Shown here one piece after another: positions 36,550 through 44,944 of a stretch of DNA of 44,944 nucleotides. The stretch spans positions 1 through 44,944 of the forward strand of contig JACRKZ010000135.1 of assembly GCA_016235455.1 (NCBI GenBank), read 5' to 3'. Under the pieces are notes generated by a model. It saw only the letters and a list, made by a program, of their open reading frames with translations, was not told the origin of the DNA and made no database searches. Position 1 is the stretch's first letter; each line of letters opens with the position of its first letter. Both the position numbers and the translations under genes were made by a program. The DNA comes from Armatimonadota bacterium (GTDB lineage Bacteria; Armatimonadota; UBA10988).

Positions 36550-37321
36550 ACAAAAGCCTCGCCAGACACCGCCCGCCGGTGGCCTGCGTCACTACTTCGC
36601 CGTCACCCGCGGTCCGTGGTATGGCTTCGTCTTCGCCCTACCCGTGCTCGTCGCGTACGAACTGCTGATCTGGGTGTTTGGCGGCCGCAATGTCGTCAAC
36701 GGCGCCGACGCGGTGATGAGCAGCCTGCTGGAACCGCTGACGGCGCTGCTCGGCGGCTCGCGCGAACACCTGCTGGCCGTGCTGCTGGCCGCGGGCGGAC
36801 TGGGCTGTTGGCTGAGCCATCGCCGGCGCTATGCGGGCCAGGATGGCGGCCGCTTGCGCCCCGGCTACTTCCTCGCCATGCTCGTCGAGAGCAGCCTCTA
36901 CGCGCTGTTCTTCGGCGTGGCGGTGAACCGCATCATGGCCGCGGTGCTGCCACAAGGACTGCTACAGATCGGTGGTGGTCAGGGCGGCGTGGTCTTCAAC
37001 CTGACCATGGCACTGGGCGCCGGCATCTACGAAGAGCTGTTCTTCCGTGTCGTCGTCATGGGCGGACTGGCCGTGCTCATCATCCGCACGGGCAAGGCCG
37101 CGCCCCTGGCCGGATGGCTTGTGGCGGCGCTGGTCAGCTCGTTCGTGTTCTCCGCGTTCCACTACGTGGGCAATCTGGGCGACACGTTCGAGATCCAGAG
37201 CTTCGTGTTCCGCTTCGTCGCCGGTCTGCTGCTGGCCTCGCTCTATGGCCTGCGCGGTTTTGGCGTCGCCGTGTGGACCCACGCGCTGTACGATGTCCTG
37301 GTCATGGTCCTCAAGGCCTGA
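36533..37321 (+). CDS. CPBP (CAAX/Abi) family intramembrane glutamic endopeptidase
   Basis: Multiple TM helices. Motifs EELFFR (EExxxR), FSAFH, THALYD. Overlaps the upstream gene by 17 nt. Confidence 0.85.
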   Translation: MSEPAEQKPRQTPPAGGLRHYFAVTRGPWYGFVFALPVLVAYELLIWVFGGRNVVNGADAVMSSLLEPLTALLGGSREHLLAVLLAAGGLGCWLSHRRRYAGQDGGRLRPGYFLAMLVESSLYALFFGVAVNRIMAAVLPQGLLQIGGGQGGVVFNLTMALGAGIYEELFFRVVVMGGLAVLIIRTGKAAPLAGWLVAALVSSFVFSAFHYVGNLGDTFEIQSFVFRFVAGLLLASLYGLRGFGVAVWTHALYDVLVMVLKA

Positions 37322-37343
37322 CGAGCGATCTCGGAGACACAGC

Positions 37344-38312
37344 GTGAGACGAACCATCCCCTGGTGTGCGGCACTGGTCTGCCTGCTCAGCGGTGCTCTC
37401 GGCGCGCAGCCGGTGGTCGACCCGGCCCAACCCGGCCTCGACGCCGACGCGACGGTCAGGCCGGGCTATGCCTTCATCACCGGCGACCTGGGCCTCAACC
37501 GCATCACCAAGTACGACGCGGCCGGCAAGCCCTACTGGTACTACACCCAGATCAGCCCGATCGACGTCTGGCCGATGCCGGATGGCACGGTGCTGGCGGC
37601 CTATCTGCCCTCGCCGTTGACCGCCGGCAAGGGCGGCGTGCGCCTGATCAACCCCGACCAGAGCACCGTGTTCGACTTCGCCTTCGACGACGAGATCATG
37701 TCCGTGCAGCCGCTGACCAACGGCCACTTCCTGCTGGCCGAATGCCATTTCGGGCGGATCACCGAGTTCGACCGTCAGGGCCAACGGATCAAGTCCTTCA
37801 ACGTCCTCACGCCACCGTCGGGCCACACCACCATGCGCCAGATCCGGCTGATGCCCGACGGCTCACTGGTGGCGGCCGAGTGCTACTCGCACAAGCTCCG
37901 CACCTACAGCCGCGACGGCAAGTTGTTGCGCGAGATCGACCAGGAGTACCCCTACTGCCCCTTCGTGCTGCCCAACGGCAACGTCCTGGTCGGCTGCTGG
38001 AACCATCCCAAGGCCAAGGTGGTCGAGTTCGATGCCAAAGGGCAGCTGATCTGGACGCTACTGCCCGCCGAGCTCCCGCCGGCCATGAATGTCACCCACA
38101 TCTCGGAGGCCATCCGCCTGGCCAGCGGCAACACGCTGGTTTCGGTCTGTTGCGGAGCCGGCGGCGCGGGCGTCGCGCGGGCCATGCTGTTCGAGGTCAC
38201 TCCCGAGAAGAAGGTGGTCTGGCAGATCACCGACCGCGTGAGCGCCACGCGCGTGTCCACGGTGAAGGTCATCGGGCCTGAGCATCTCAAGGCCGCGCCA
38301 CCGGGCGGGTAG
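37344..38312 (+). CDS. Secreted beta-propeller protein (PQQ/NHL/arylsulfotransferase-like)
   Basis: GTG start with GGAG RBS and a signal peptide. Repeats of [LM]P[DN]G-x-x-L and V-x-E-x-D-x-x-G-x-x-x-W. Confidence 0.7.
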   Translation: MRRTIPWCAALVCLLSGALGAQPVVDPAQPGLDADATVRPGYAFITGDLGLNRITKYDAAGKPYWYYTQISPIDVWPMPDGTVLAAYLPSPLTAGKGGVRLINPDQSTVFDFAFDDEIMSVQPLTNGHFLLAECHFGRITEFDRQGQRIKSFNVLTPPSGHTTMRQIRLMPDGSLVAAECYSHKLRTYSRDGKLLREIDQEYPYCPFVLPNGNVLVGCWNHPKAKVVEFDAKGQLIWTLLPAELPPAMNVTHISEAIRLASGNTLVSVCCGAGGAGVARAMLFEVTPEKKVVWQITDRVSATRVSTVKVIGPEHLKAAPPGG

Positions 38313-38325
38313 CCCCCAAAATGGG

Positions 38326-38356
38326 CGCGGGCCAGGCCACGGTGGCCCGGCCCGCG
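38326..38356. terminator. GC-rich hairpin between convergent genes
   Basis: cgcgggcc-a-ggccac / gtggcc-c-ggcccgcg inverted repeat between the stops at 38312 (+) and 38377 (-). Confidence 0.55.
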
Positions 38357-38376
38357 TGGTGTGGTCTGTCGAGAGT

Positions 38377-40305
38377 CTAGAAGTCATCCTCTGACAGGTG
38401 GACCACCTGCGTACCCGACGCCGGGCGGCGTGCGGCCAGGCGGGGCGCCGGCCGCGACGCGCCGACCATGCGCACGTTGGCGCCGTGCGTGCTGCCCGTG
38501 CCGCCCTCCACCACGCCGACCAGCATCAGCACCATGTCACGGAGTTGCACGGCCTGCGCGCTCAGTTCCTCGCTGGCCGACGCCGATTCCTCGGCGCTGG
38601 CGGCGGTGGACTGGGTCACCTGGTCCATCTGGGTCACCGCCGAGGTGATCTGCCCGATGCCCTGGGCCTGCTCGTCACTGGCCGAGGCGACCTCGCTGGC
38701 CAACTGCACCACGCTGGTGACGCTGGCCAGGATCTCCTTGAGGATGTTGCCGACCTCGTCGCTGGCGGCGACGCCTGCCCCAGCGTTCTCCTGTGATTCA
38801 CTGATCAGCGCGGCCGTGTCCTTGGCCGCCTCGGCGCTGCGCTGGGCCAGGTTGCGCACTTCCTCGGCAACCACGGCAAAGCCCTTGCCGGCGTCACCGG
38901 CGCGGGCCGCCTCGACCGCCGCGTTGAGCGCCAGCAGGTTGGTCTGGAAGGCGATCTCGTCGATGGTCTTGATGATCGCCGCGGTCTGGTTGGCGGACTC
39001 GCGCACCTTCCCCATGACGCCGGCCATGCGCGCCATGGCGCTGTCGCCGGTGGTCGCTGCCCGCTGCGCACGCTCGGCCATGGCCCGCGCCTGCGCGGCG
39101 CTCTCGGCGTTCTGCCTGGTCGTGGCGGCCATCTCCTCGAGCGAGGCCGATGTCTCTTCCAGACTGGACGCCTGCTGGCTGGCACCGGCCGCCATAGACT
39201 GGCTGGTGTCGCTCAGCTGCGCCGAGGCCGAGGTGACCTGGTCGCTGCTGCTGGTCAGCCCGGTGATGGCCGTCTGGATGCTGTTGGTCGTGTCGTTGGT
39301 GATCGAACGCGATAGCGCCAGACCCAGGAACAGCGCGGCGATCAGCCCGATGATCTGCACACTCAGCGCACCCTTGAGCCGCACACTCGTGCTGCTGGCG
39401 GCGACCTTGGCCTCGGTCAGGCCGGTCTCCGACATCTTCTGGGCCGCGGCCAGCAAGGCGTCGCCGGCCACGCCGCGCGCCTTGTCGACTTCGACCTGCG
39501 CGGCCAACGCCGCCACGATGGCGTCGATGCTCTTCTTATAGGTCAACAGCCCGCCACGGATGGTGTCCAGGTCCTTGATGTCCGCCGGCTTGCTGGTCAC
39601 CGCCTTGATGCTGTCGATCTGCGGCGCCGCCTTCTCAACGTTGGCGGCCTGGGCCACCAATTCGTCGCTGGACCGTTCCGCCAGCGCCTTCCAGACCGCG
39701 GTGGTAGCGGCACCCACAGTGTCGGTCACCAGCGTCATCGTCTTCAGCTTGCCCGCCCGCTTGGCCAGTTCGTCGGCCGGAGCGGCCGAGGCGATCTCCG
39801 TCTCCAGCTTGCCGCATTGGCCCGTGCGCCACTCGACCAACGCCTTGGTCAGCGTGGCACCGGAACTGGCGATGTCGGCTTTGGCCTGATTGATGGCTGA
39901 CCAGTTGGCCTTAGTGTCCGCCGCGCATTTGTTGTAGGCGTCACTGGCAGCCCGGGCCGCGTCGACGCCCGACTTGAGCTGTCGGAGCCCAGCGCTGGTC
40001 CCGGCCAGCTTGCCGGCCTCGCCCAGCGACTTGTCGAGATCCGCGCCCGCCGCCTCGACCTTGGCGTAGTCTTTGTCGTCGCCGGTGCGCGAGTAGGTGC
40101 GCATGGCGTAACGCTGCTCTCGAGCATGCCGCTCGATGGTGTTGCCGCTGATCACCTGCGGCACTTGCTCACCGGCCAGCCGCGCGGCCTGCGAACTGGC
40201 GCGGCGCATGTTGGCCGCCGCCACCAGGCCGAGTAGCATGGCGATGCCCAGTACCACACTGAACCCGCCGCCGATACGTCGTCGTAGTGAAGCGCCCTTG
40301 AACAT
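38377..40305 (-). CDS. Methyl-accepting chemotaxis protein
   Basis: Two TM helices flank a long helical periplasmic domain. Signalling hairpin [43 protein letters not shown]. Ends ...LSEDDF. Start ATG 40305 with GGAGAG RBS. Confidence 0.92.
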   Translation of the reverse strand: MFKGASLRRRIGGGFSVVLGIAMLLGLVAAANMRRASSQAARLAGEQVPQVISGNTIERHAREQRYAMRTYSRTGDDKDYAKVEAAGADLDKSLGEAGKLAGTSAGLRQLKSGVDAARAASDAYNKCAADTKANWSAINQAKADIASSGATLTKALVEWRTGQCGKLETEIASAAPADELAKRAGKLKTMTLVTDTVGAATTAVWKALAERSSDELVAQAANVEKAAPQIDSIKAVTSKPADIKDLDTIRGGLLTYKKSIDAIVAALAAQVEVDKARGVAGDALLAAAQKMSETGLTEAKVAASSTSVRLKGALSVQIIGLIAALFLGLALSRSITNDTTNSIQTAITGLTSSSDQVTSASAQLSDTSQSMAAGASQQASSLEETSASLEEMAATTRQNAESAAQARAMAERAQRAATTGDSAMARMAGVMGKVRESANQTAAIIKTIDEIAFQTNLLALNAAVEAARAGDAGKGFAVVAEEVRNLAQRSAEAAKDTAALISESQENAGAGVAASDEVGNILKEILASVTSVVQLASEVASASDEQAQGIGQITSAVTQMDQVTQSTAASAEESASASEELSAQAVQLRDMVLMLVGVVEGGTGSTHGANVRMVGASRPAPRLAARRPASGTQVVHLSEDDF

Positions 40306-40355
40306 GCTGATCGCTCTCCCTGACCGCGATCGCGTTCCGACCACGGTTCAGTGGG

Positions 40356-40382
40356 ATATCGACCGGTAAACTCGGTGCTTAG
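40356..40382 (-). promoter_or_regulatory. sigma28 (FliA/SigD)-like promoter for the MCP gene
   Basis: Minus strand reads CTAAG, 14 nt, GTCGATAT (consensus approx. TAAA/TCAAG...GCCGATAA), 50 nt upstream of the ATG. Confidence 0.6.
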
Positions 40383-40491
40383 GGCGAAACAATGAACGGC
40401 ATGTCACATGCGGGCATGCCCCAGCTCGCACCGGCACTACCGGCGCCGGGCCTGTCCCGCGCCCGGCGCGGCGGAGCCCGCAGGCATTTGC

Positions 40492-40520
40492 TTGACCAAT
40501 CCGTGAGTCTGGCATATAGT
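40492..40520 (+). promoter_or_regulatory. sigma70 promoter of the tRNA
   Basis: TTGACC (40492-40497), 17 nt, TATAGT (40515-40520), 11 nt before the tRNA. Confidence 0.8.
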
Positions 40521-40531
40521 AAGGGTGTTGA

Positions 40532-40605
40532 CGCGGGGTGGAGCAGTCCGGTAGCTCGGCGGGCTCATAACCCGCAGGTCACAGGTTCGAATCCTGTCCC
40601 CGCTA
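40532..40605 (+). tRNA. tRNA-Met(CAT), initiator (fMet) type
   Basis: Cloverleaf CGCGGGG...CCCCGCT-A with a C1:U72 mismatch. Anticodon stem GCGGG/CCCGC carries three consecutive G-C pairs; loop CTCATAA; T-arm ACAGG TTCGAAT CCTGT. Followed by TCA, not CCA. Confidence 0.96.
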
Positions 40606-40613
40606 TCACAGAG

Positions 40614-40651
40614 ACGGCTCGCAGCGCAAGCTGCGGGCCGTTTTTTCGTTT
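40614..40651 (+). terminator. Rho-independent terminator after the tRNA
   Basis: acggctcgcagc, GCAA loop, gctgcgggccgt, then tttttcgttt. Confidence 0.88.
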
Positions 40652-40708
40652 GGGGCCGATCAACAGGAGCGCGGCGGGCGGCGCCGAATCAGAGCGCCGG
40701 AGATGTCC

Positions 40709-41530
40709 ATGGACCGACCCGCGCGCGTCATGATGATCGGTGCGCACCCCGACGACTGCGATTTCCGCGCCGGCGCGACCTCCGCGCTATGGCGGCAGGC
40801 CGGCATGGCCGTGCTGATGGTCAGCGCCACCAACGGCGACGCCGGCCATCACGAGCAAGGCGGTGGCGCCCTGGCGCGGCGGCGCGCCGCCGAAGCCAAG
40901 GCAGCCGGTGCCGTCATCGACATCGACTACGTGTGCCTGGACTTCCATGACGGCGAGCTGGTGCCTGGCCTGGAGCAGCGCAGAGCCATCATCCGCGCCA
41001 TCCGCGAGTTCGCGCCCGACCTGCTGTTGACCCACCGGCCCGGCGACTACCACGCCGACCATCGCTACACCAGCCAGCTCGTGCAGGACGCGTCGTTCCT
41101 GCTTACGGTACCCAACCTGTGCCCCGATGTGCCAGCCTTATATGACATGCCGGTAATCATGCACTTCGAGGACGGGTTCTCCAAGCCCGAGCCCTTCGCG
41201 CCCGACGTCGTCGTGGGCGTCGACGCGACCATCGGCCTCAAGGGCCGCATGGCCGACTGCCATGTGTCGCAGTTCTATGAGTGGCTGCCCTGGCTGGGCC
41301 GCTACGAGGTGCCCGAGTCGGCGGAAGAGCGACTGGCCTGGTGTGCACAGCGCATGGCCGCCTTGGCCGAGCGCTGCGCGGACCGTTTCCGCGACCGACT
41401 GATCGCGCTGTATGGGCAGACCGCCGGCGCGGCCGTGCGTCACGCCGAGGCCTTCGCCATCACCGAGTATGGCGCGCCACTGACTGACGAGAAGCGAGCG
41501 CTGCTCTTCCCGTTCGTCTCGCGCGACTAG
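40709..41530 (+). CDS. PIG-L/LmbE family N-acetylglucosaminyl deacetylase
   Basis: Motifs: GAHPDD, TNGDAG, RRAAEA, DGEL, THRPGDYHADH, HVSQ, AEAF. ATG 40709 is better spaced from GGAG (40699) than ATG 40703. Confidence 0.88.
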   Translation: MDRPARVMMIGAHPDDCDFRAGATSALWRQAGMAVLMVSATNGDAGHHEQGGGALARRRAAEAKAAGAVIDIDYVCLDFHDGELVPGLEQRRAIIRAIREFAPDLLLTHRPGDYHADHRYTSQLVQDASFLLTVPNLCPDVPALYDMPVIMHFEDGFSKPEPFAPDVVVGVDATIGLKGRMADCHVSQFYEWLPWLGRYEVPESAEERLAWCAQRMAALAERCADRFRDRLIALYGQTAGAAVRHAEAFAITEYGAPLTDEKRALLFPFVSRD

Positions 41531-41533
41531 CGA

Positions 41534-42382
41534 TCACCGGCCGGCGCGGCTCAGCCCGCGCTCGGCCGGCTCGTCAGTCAGGCGCGCCGGCGACAGCGAC
41601 GTGTCGGGGATGGGCTCGTCACCGGCGGCATGGAATGCAGCGCCGTTGATCTCCGCGGTCCGCTCCAGCGTGCGCAGCAGCGGCCCCAGCCCGCGCGCGA
41701 GCGCGGTGAAGCGGCGCGGTCCCTGGTTGGTGGCCAGCCGAACCGTGGCCAGGTCGAGCAACCCGAGCACCGGTCGTATCTCACCATGTACCGCGCGGAT
41801 GTCGTGCCACTCGACCTCCCACGCGCGGCCGCTGACCTGGCAGGAAAGGCTCCGGCCGTCGGCGCTCAGGATGGTGCCCCGTCCGCTGACCGCATAGCAG
41901 CCGACACTCAGCAGTGCCAGCACCGCCGACCAGCCCAGCCATTGCAGCAGCGGTGCGCTCGCGCTGTAGACGACGACCGCCAGCGCGATGCCCAGGCCAA
42001 AACCGCCGAGCGCGGCGAGATAGTTGGAGTTGTGCGACCAGGCGCCACGGGCGCCGATCTCGAGCCAGCCGCGGATGAGGTTGTGCGGAATGCCCACCTC
42101 CTCGCGCTGCCGCTGCGAGTCCTCGGCCTGCTGTTCGATGGCGGCGACCAACGCGTCGATGTCGGGTGTGCCCTGCGGCAGGCGGATGGGCCGCCGGTCG
42201 CGCAGGCGCACCTCGGCTTCGCCGTGGCGCAGCCAGCGGACGCCAGTGACCCGAGTCCACGGCGTGGTGCGCGAACGACCCAGTCGCAGATGCTCGGTCA
42301 GCCCACGCGGACCCGCGCTGAGCGCGACGCGGGGTGAGAAGAGGTTGCGCTTGAGCCGGTAGCGGTGCTGTTGGGACGACAC
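41534..42382 (-). CDS. Hypothetical membrane protein (two TM helices flanked by PH-like segments)
   Basis: GTG start with GGAGAGG RBS. Central hydrophobic pair. Two segments of the type PWTRVTGV / VEWHDIRAV. Confidence 0.55.
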   Translation of the reverse strand: MSSQQHRYRLKRNLFSPRVALSAGPRGLTEHLRLGRSRTTPWTRVTGVRWLRHGEAEVRLRDRRPIRLPQGTPDIDALVAAIEQQAEDSQRQREEVGIPHNLIRGWLEIGARGAWSHNSNYLAALGGFGLGIALAVVVYSASAPLLQWLGWSAVLALLSVGCYAVSGRGTILSADGRSLSCQVSGRAWEVEWHDIRAVHGEIRPVLGLLDLATVRLATNQGPRRFTALARGLGPLLRTLERTAEINGAAFHAAGDEPIPDTSLSPARLTDEPAERGLSRAGR

Positions 42383-42409
42383 AGGAACACCTCTCCCGAG
42401 GCACGACGG

Positions 42410-42850
42410 TCACCGGGCGGCGGCACACTCGGGGCACAGCCCGCTGAACTCGAGGACATGGCCGGTGATCGTCCAGCCATCGGCGCCGAGCGGCTCGGTG
42501 AGCGGCTCCACGGCGTGTCCGTCGATCTCGGCGATGCGCCCACAGCCGGCGCAGATGATGGGATGATGGTGGCAACCGTCGACGCGCAGCCGGCTGCAGG
42601 CCACATATCCGTTGACGGTATGAACACGGTGGGCCAGATCCAACGTTTCAAGGAGGTCGAGCACGCGGTACACTGTGACCACGTCGGGCGGCGCGCCGCT
42701 CTCGGTGGCCCGCAGGCGCTCGATGATGGCATAGGGCGAAAGCGCGCGGTCGGCCTGGGCCAAGGCGGCAACGACCACGCGACGGGCGCGCGTCAGGCGA
42801 TAGCCGGCAGCCTTGAGCCGGCCCTCGGCATGGGCGGCAAAGTCATCCAT
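42410..42850 (-). CDS. Fur-family transcriptional regulator (Zur/Fur-like)
   Basis: YRLTRARRVV, DVVTVYRVLDLL, HHHPIICAGCG, GLCPEC (two CxxC motifs). Start ATG 42850. Confidence 0.9.
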   Translation of the reverse strand: MDDFAAHAEGRLKAAGYRLTRARRVVVAALAQADRALSPYAIIERLRATESGAPPDVVTVYRVLDLLETLDLAHRVHTVNGYVACSRLRVDGCHHHPIICAGCGRIAEIDGHAVEPLTEPLGADGWTITGHVLEFSGLCPECAAAR

Positions 42851-42856
42851 AGCGGG

Positions 42857-42862
42857 ATTGTA
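42857..42862 (-). promoter_or_regulatory. -10 box TACAAT for a probably leaderless fur-family transcript
   Basis: Minus strand reads TACAAT-cccgct-ATG (6-nt gap). No Shine-Dalgarno sequence. Confidence 0.55.
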
Positions 42863-42905
42863 AGTGGGCACGGTGGCCGCCGCAAGAGCCGCCAAGGATG
42901 AACCG

Positions 42906-43400
42906 ATGAGACGATGGATTGCCTGGATCGCGGCGTCGCTCTGCGTCCTGAGTCTGTGCGGCTGCAGCGCGCTGGGCCTGATCGACATCATTGACACCGG
43001 CAGCAACGACGGCAACACCGCGGCGATCGTCACCGCGCTGTCGGACAACTGGACGGTCACCAGCTACACGGGCACCGAGACCGGCTCGGTCACCGTGCCC
43101 TCGGCGGCAACCATGCGCTGGCGCTTGCGCACCGACGGCACCTTCGCCGTCACCTCGTCGCTGCCCGTGTCCATCGGCACCGACGCCACGCACACCTACG
43201 ACGAGGCGGGCACCTGGCGGGTGATCAGCGGCGCCACCGGCACGCTCGGTTTCACTTTCAAGCGACTGGACGGCGCCACGGTGGCCACGGCCGACCAGCA
43301 CGAGATGGTGGTCATGTACTCGCGGCCCGACACGCACCAGCTCGTGCTGATCACCGACGGCATCGGGCCGGGCAGCGTGCGCTACGTGCTCTACCGCTGA
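42906..43400 (+). CDS. Lipoprotein with a lipocalin-like beta-barrel
   Basis: MRRWIAWIAASLCVLSLCG-C lipobox. Motifs DNWTVTS, TDGTF, EAGTWRV. AAGGA upstream of ATG 42906. Confidence 0.6.
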   Translation: MRRWIAWIAASLCVLSLCGCSALGLIDIIDTGSNDGNTAAIVTALSDNWTVTSYTGTETGSVTVPSAATMRWRLRTDGTFAVTSSLPVSIGTDATHTYDEAGTWRVISGATGTLGFTFKRLDGATVATADQHEMVVMYSRPDTHQLVLITDGIGPGSVRYVLYR

Positions 43401-44374
43401 TCGACCACGGACACGCGCAGCTCGTGCGCGCCATCGGGCCGGGTCATCTCGTAGTAGTAGTAGAGCCGTTCGCCCACCGTGATCACGTCCACGTACCTCA
43501 CCGAGCCGCTGCCGTGCGGCACGGTGAGGATGGGACCGTCGGTCGACACCCGCTCATAGGCTCGTAGATCGAAGCTCTGCGCCAGGCCGCAGCGCTCCTC
43601 ATAGTTCTCCGCCACGCTGGCGCTGCCGTCGTAGAACGCTGTGAAGACCGGCGGCGTCCACAGCAGGCTGTTGACCCGCAAGCAGTACGGGTCCCACGCG
43701 CCGCGCGGCGCATCGGTCACCCCCAGCCAGCGGAAGCTCACGCCGTCGCTGCTGACCGACAGGCCCGTGGACGAGATGGTCAGCCCGGTGTTGAAGATGT
43801 CGCCCGTGGCGTGTTTGTCGCCGCTCTGCTCGGCGGCCACATCCACCGTGAGGCCAATGCTGCTGATCAGGTAGTAGAGCCGGCCGATGAGGCAGATGTA
43901 CGGGTCCTTGACGCCCTCGATGCCCGGCAGATCGGCGCAGGTCCAGACCGGCTGCCGCTGCTCGACGTCCAACTGCTCCGGGCTGTCGCCCATCACCAGG
44001 TCGGTGCGCCACTGGCTGGTGGCGGGGTCCACATAGCTGATGAACCACCGCCACCGCCCGTCGAGACCGCGCAGAATGGCACAGCGCTCGATGCTGTCGC
44101 TGCCGAGTTGCTCGCGCCGCAGCTCCAGCAGGTCGCGATAGTGGATGCCATCGTCACTGACCGCGATGCGCGAGACGGCGCCGCGCATGGGCCGCGGCCC
44201 GCGCAGGCGATAGGTCAGGTAGAAGCGCCCGGTGGCGTCGTCGTAGAATGCGCCGGGCGCGCCGGCCCACCAGCCGCCGCCGGCGCTCAGCGGTTCGCGT
44301 ACCACCGTGCCGGCCAAGGGGTCGAACAGTGGCGCGGCCGAGCCGAAGCGGCGGCTGTGGGTCGGGCAGGTCAT
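43391..44374 (-). CDS. Five-bladed beta-propeller glycosidase-like protein (GH32/43/130 clan-like)
   Basis: Start ATG 44374 (GGAGGG RBS). Motifs: WAGAPG, IAVSDDG, SIER, GVKDP, SSDGVSFRW, RYVD, YYYE...DGAHEL. Confidence 0.65.
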   Translation of the reverse strand: MTCPTHSRRFGSAAPLFDPLAGTVVREPLSAGGGWWAGAPGAFYDDATGRFYLTYRLRGPRPMRGAVSRIAVSDDGIHYRDLLELRREQLGSDSIERCAILRGLDGRWRWFISYVDPATSQWRTDLVMGDSPEQLDVEQRQPVWTCADLPGIEGVKDPYICLIGRLYYLISSIGLTVDVAAEQSGDKHATGDIFNTGLTISSTGLSVSSDGVSFRWLGVTDAPRGAWDPYCLRVNSLLWTPPVFTAFYDGSASVAENYEERCGLAQSFDLRAYERVSTDGPILTVPHGSGSVRYVDVITVGERLYYYYEMTRPDGAHELRVSVVDQR

Positions 44375-44483
44375 GGTCAGAACCCTCCACCTTGAGCTGA
44401 TGATGATCGCCGTGGCGACCATCGCGTGTTGGTTGTCCAGTTCGCTGTGGCGGCCTCCGGCCCAACTCAGATGGCCGGCGTCG

Positions 44484-44942
44484 CTACGCCTCTTTCGGCG
44501 CTGGCTTGAGGTCGCCCGAATCCACCATGTCGCGCAGCGGATTGCCGACCGACGGGTCCAGCGGGAAGTCGATGCGGCCGCGCTGGCGACTGGACTCATA
44601 CGCGCCGAAGATGATCTCCGTGGCGATCAGCGCGTTGGCGGCATCGAGGATGCACTTGCGACCGGTCTTGAGGCAGTCGATGACGTCCGCGACGGCCCGC
44701 TCGATGAAGTCCGGGCCGTGAATGCTGTGGCCGTTGGTGTCGGGATACTGCCACTCGGTCTCGCCGTACTTGCGCCAGCGGATGGCCCCCTTGGCCCCGT
44801 GGCCGAAGCCCCAGTCGATGATGCCGCTGCTGCCGAGGATGCGGTTGACCGTGCCAATCGGCCGACCGGCGCCCGGCGCACCGCTGGCCACGAAGCCCAT
44901 GACGCCGTTCGCATACTCGAACAGCACTACCTGCTGGTTCTC
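44484..44942 (-). CDS. Gfo/Idh/MocA-family oxidoreductase, C-terminal part (5' end outside the window)
   Basis: Frame is open to the window edge. Motifs: FEYANGV.G, RILGSSG.I, DVIDCLKTG...A..ATEIIFGAYESSRQRG.IDFPL. Confidence 0.7.
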   Translation of the reverse strand, partial: ENQQVVLFEYANGVMGFVASGAPGAGRPIGTVNRILGSSGIIDWGFGHGAKGAIRWRKYGETEWQYPDTNGHSIHGPDFIERAVADVIDCLKTGRKCILDAANALIATEIIFGAYESSRQRGRIDFPLDPSVGNPLRDMVDSGDLKPAPKEA

Positions 44943-44944
44943 GC

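Noticed and set aside
40532-40700. tRNA as the integration site of an island or prophage
   Set aside because: No integrase is present and I saw no duplicated tRNA 3' end in the window. The tRNA is followed by its terminator and an ordinary gene.

Overview
Very GC-rich (roughly 70% by eye) bacterial chromosomal segment using genetic code 11, gene-dense with about 31 genes. The lineage cannot be fixed from this window; the many secreted, poorly classified carbohydrate enzymes would fit an Armatimonadota/PVC-like organism (inference only). Much of the window encodes putative carbohydrate-active enzymes: an Asp-box propeller, GH16, a LamG + TIM-barrel protein, heparinase II/III-like, GH42-like TIM barrel, GH116, GxGYxYP, GH36-like, GH123/DUF4091-like and a 5-bladed propeller. 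Interspersed are rnd, a Fur-family regulator, an MCP, a PIG-L deacetylase and an initiator tRNA-Met. The most notable element is a compact KaiA-less kaiC-kaiB-kaiB-hybrid histidine kinase cassette (22565-27076). Its KaiC has Ser-Ser phosphosites and a C-terminal coiled-coil tail. Other signals are a near-perfect sigma54 promoter ahead of an orphan priming glycosyltransferase-CPBP protease-propeller unit, a sigma28-like promoter ahead of the MCP, and probable leaderless genes with TACAAT -10 boxes. There is also an internally deleted DUF2278-like remnant next to a ComEC-like MBL hydrolase, a frameshifted C-terminal domain in the GH36-like gene, a secreted protein made of two copies of an unrecognised domain, and a double-redoxin protein whose first domain lacks cysteines. 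No CRISPR array, integrase, transposase or rRNA was seen. All family calls come from motif reading, not database searches.
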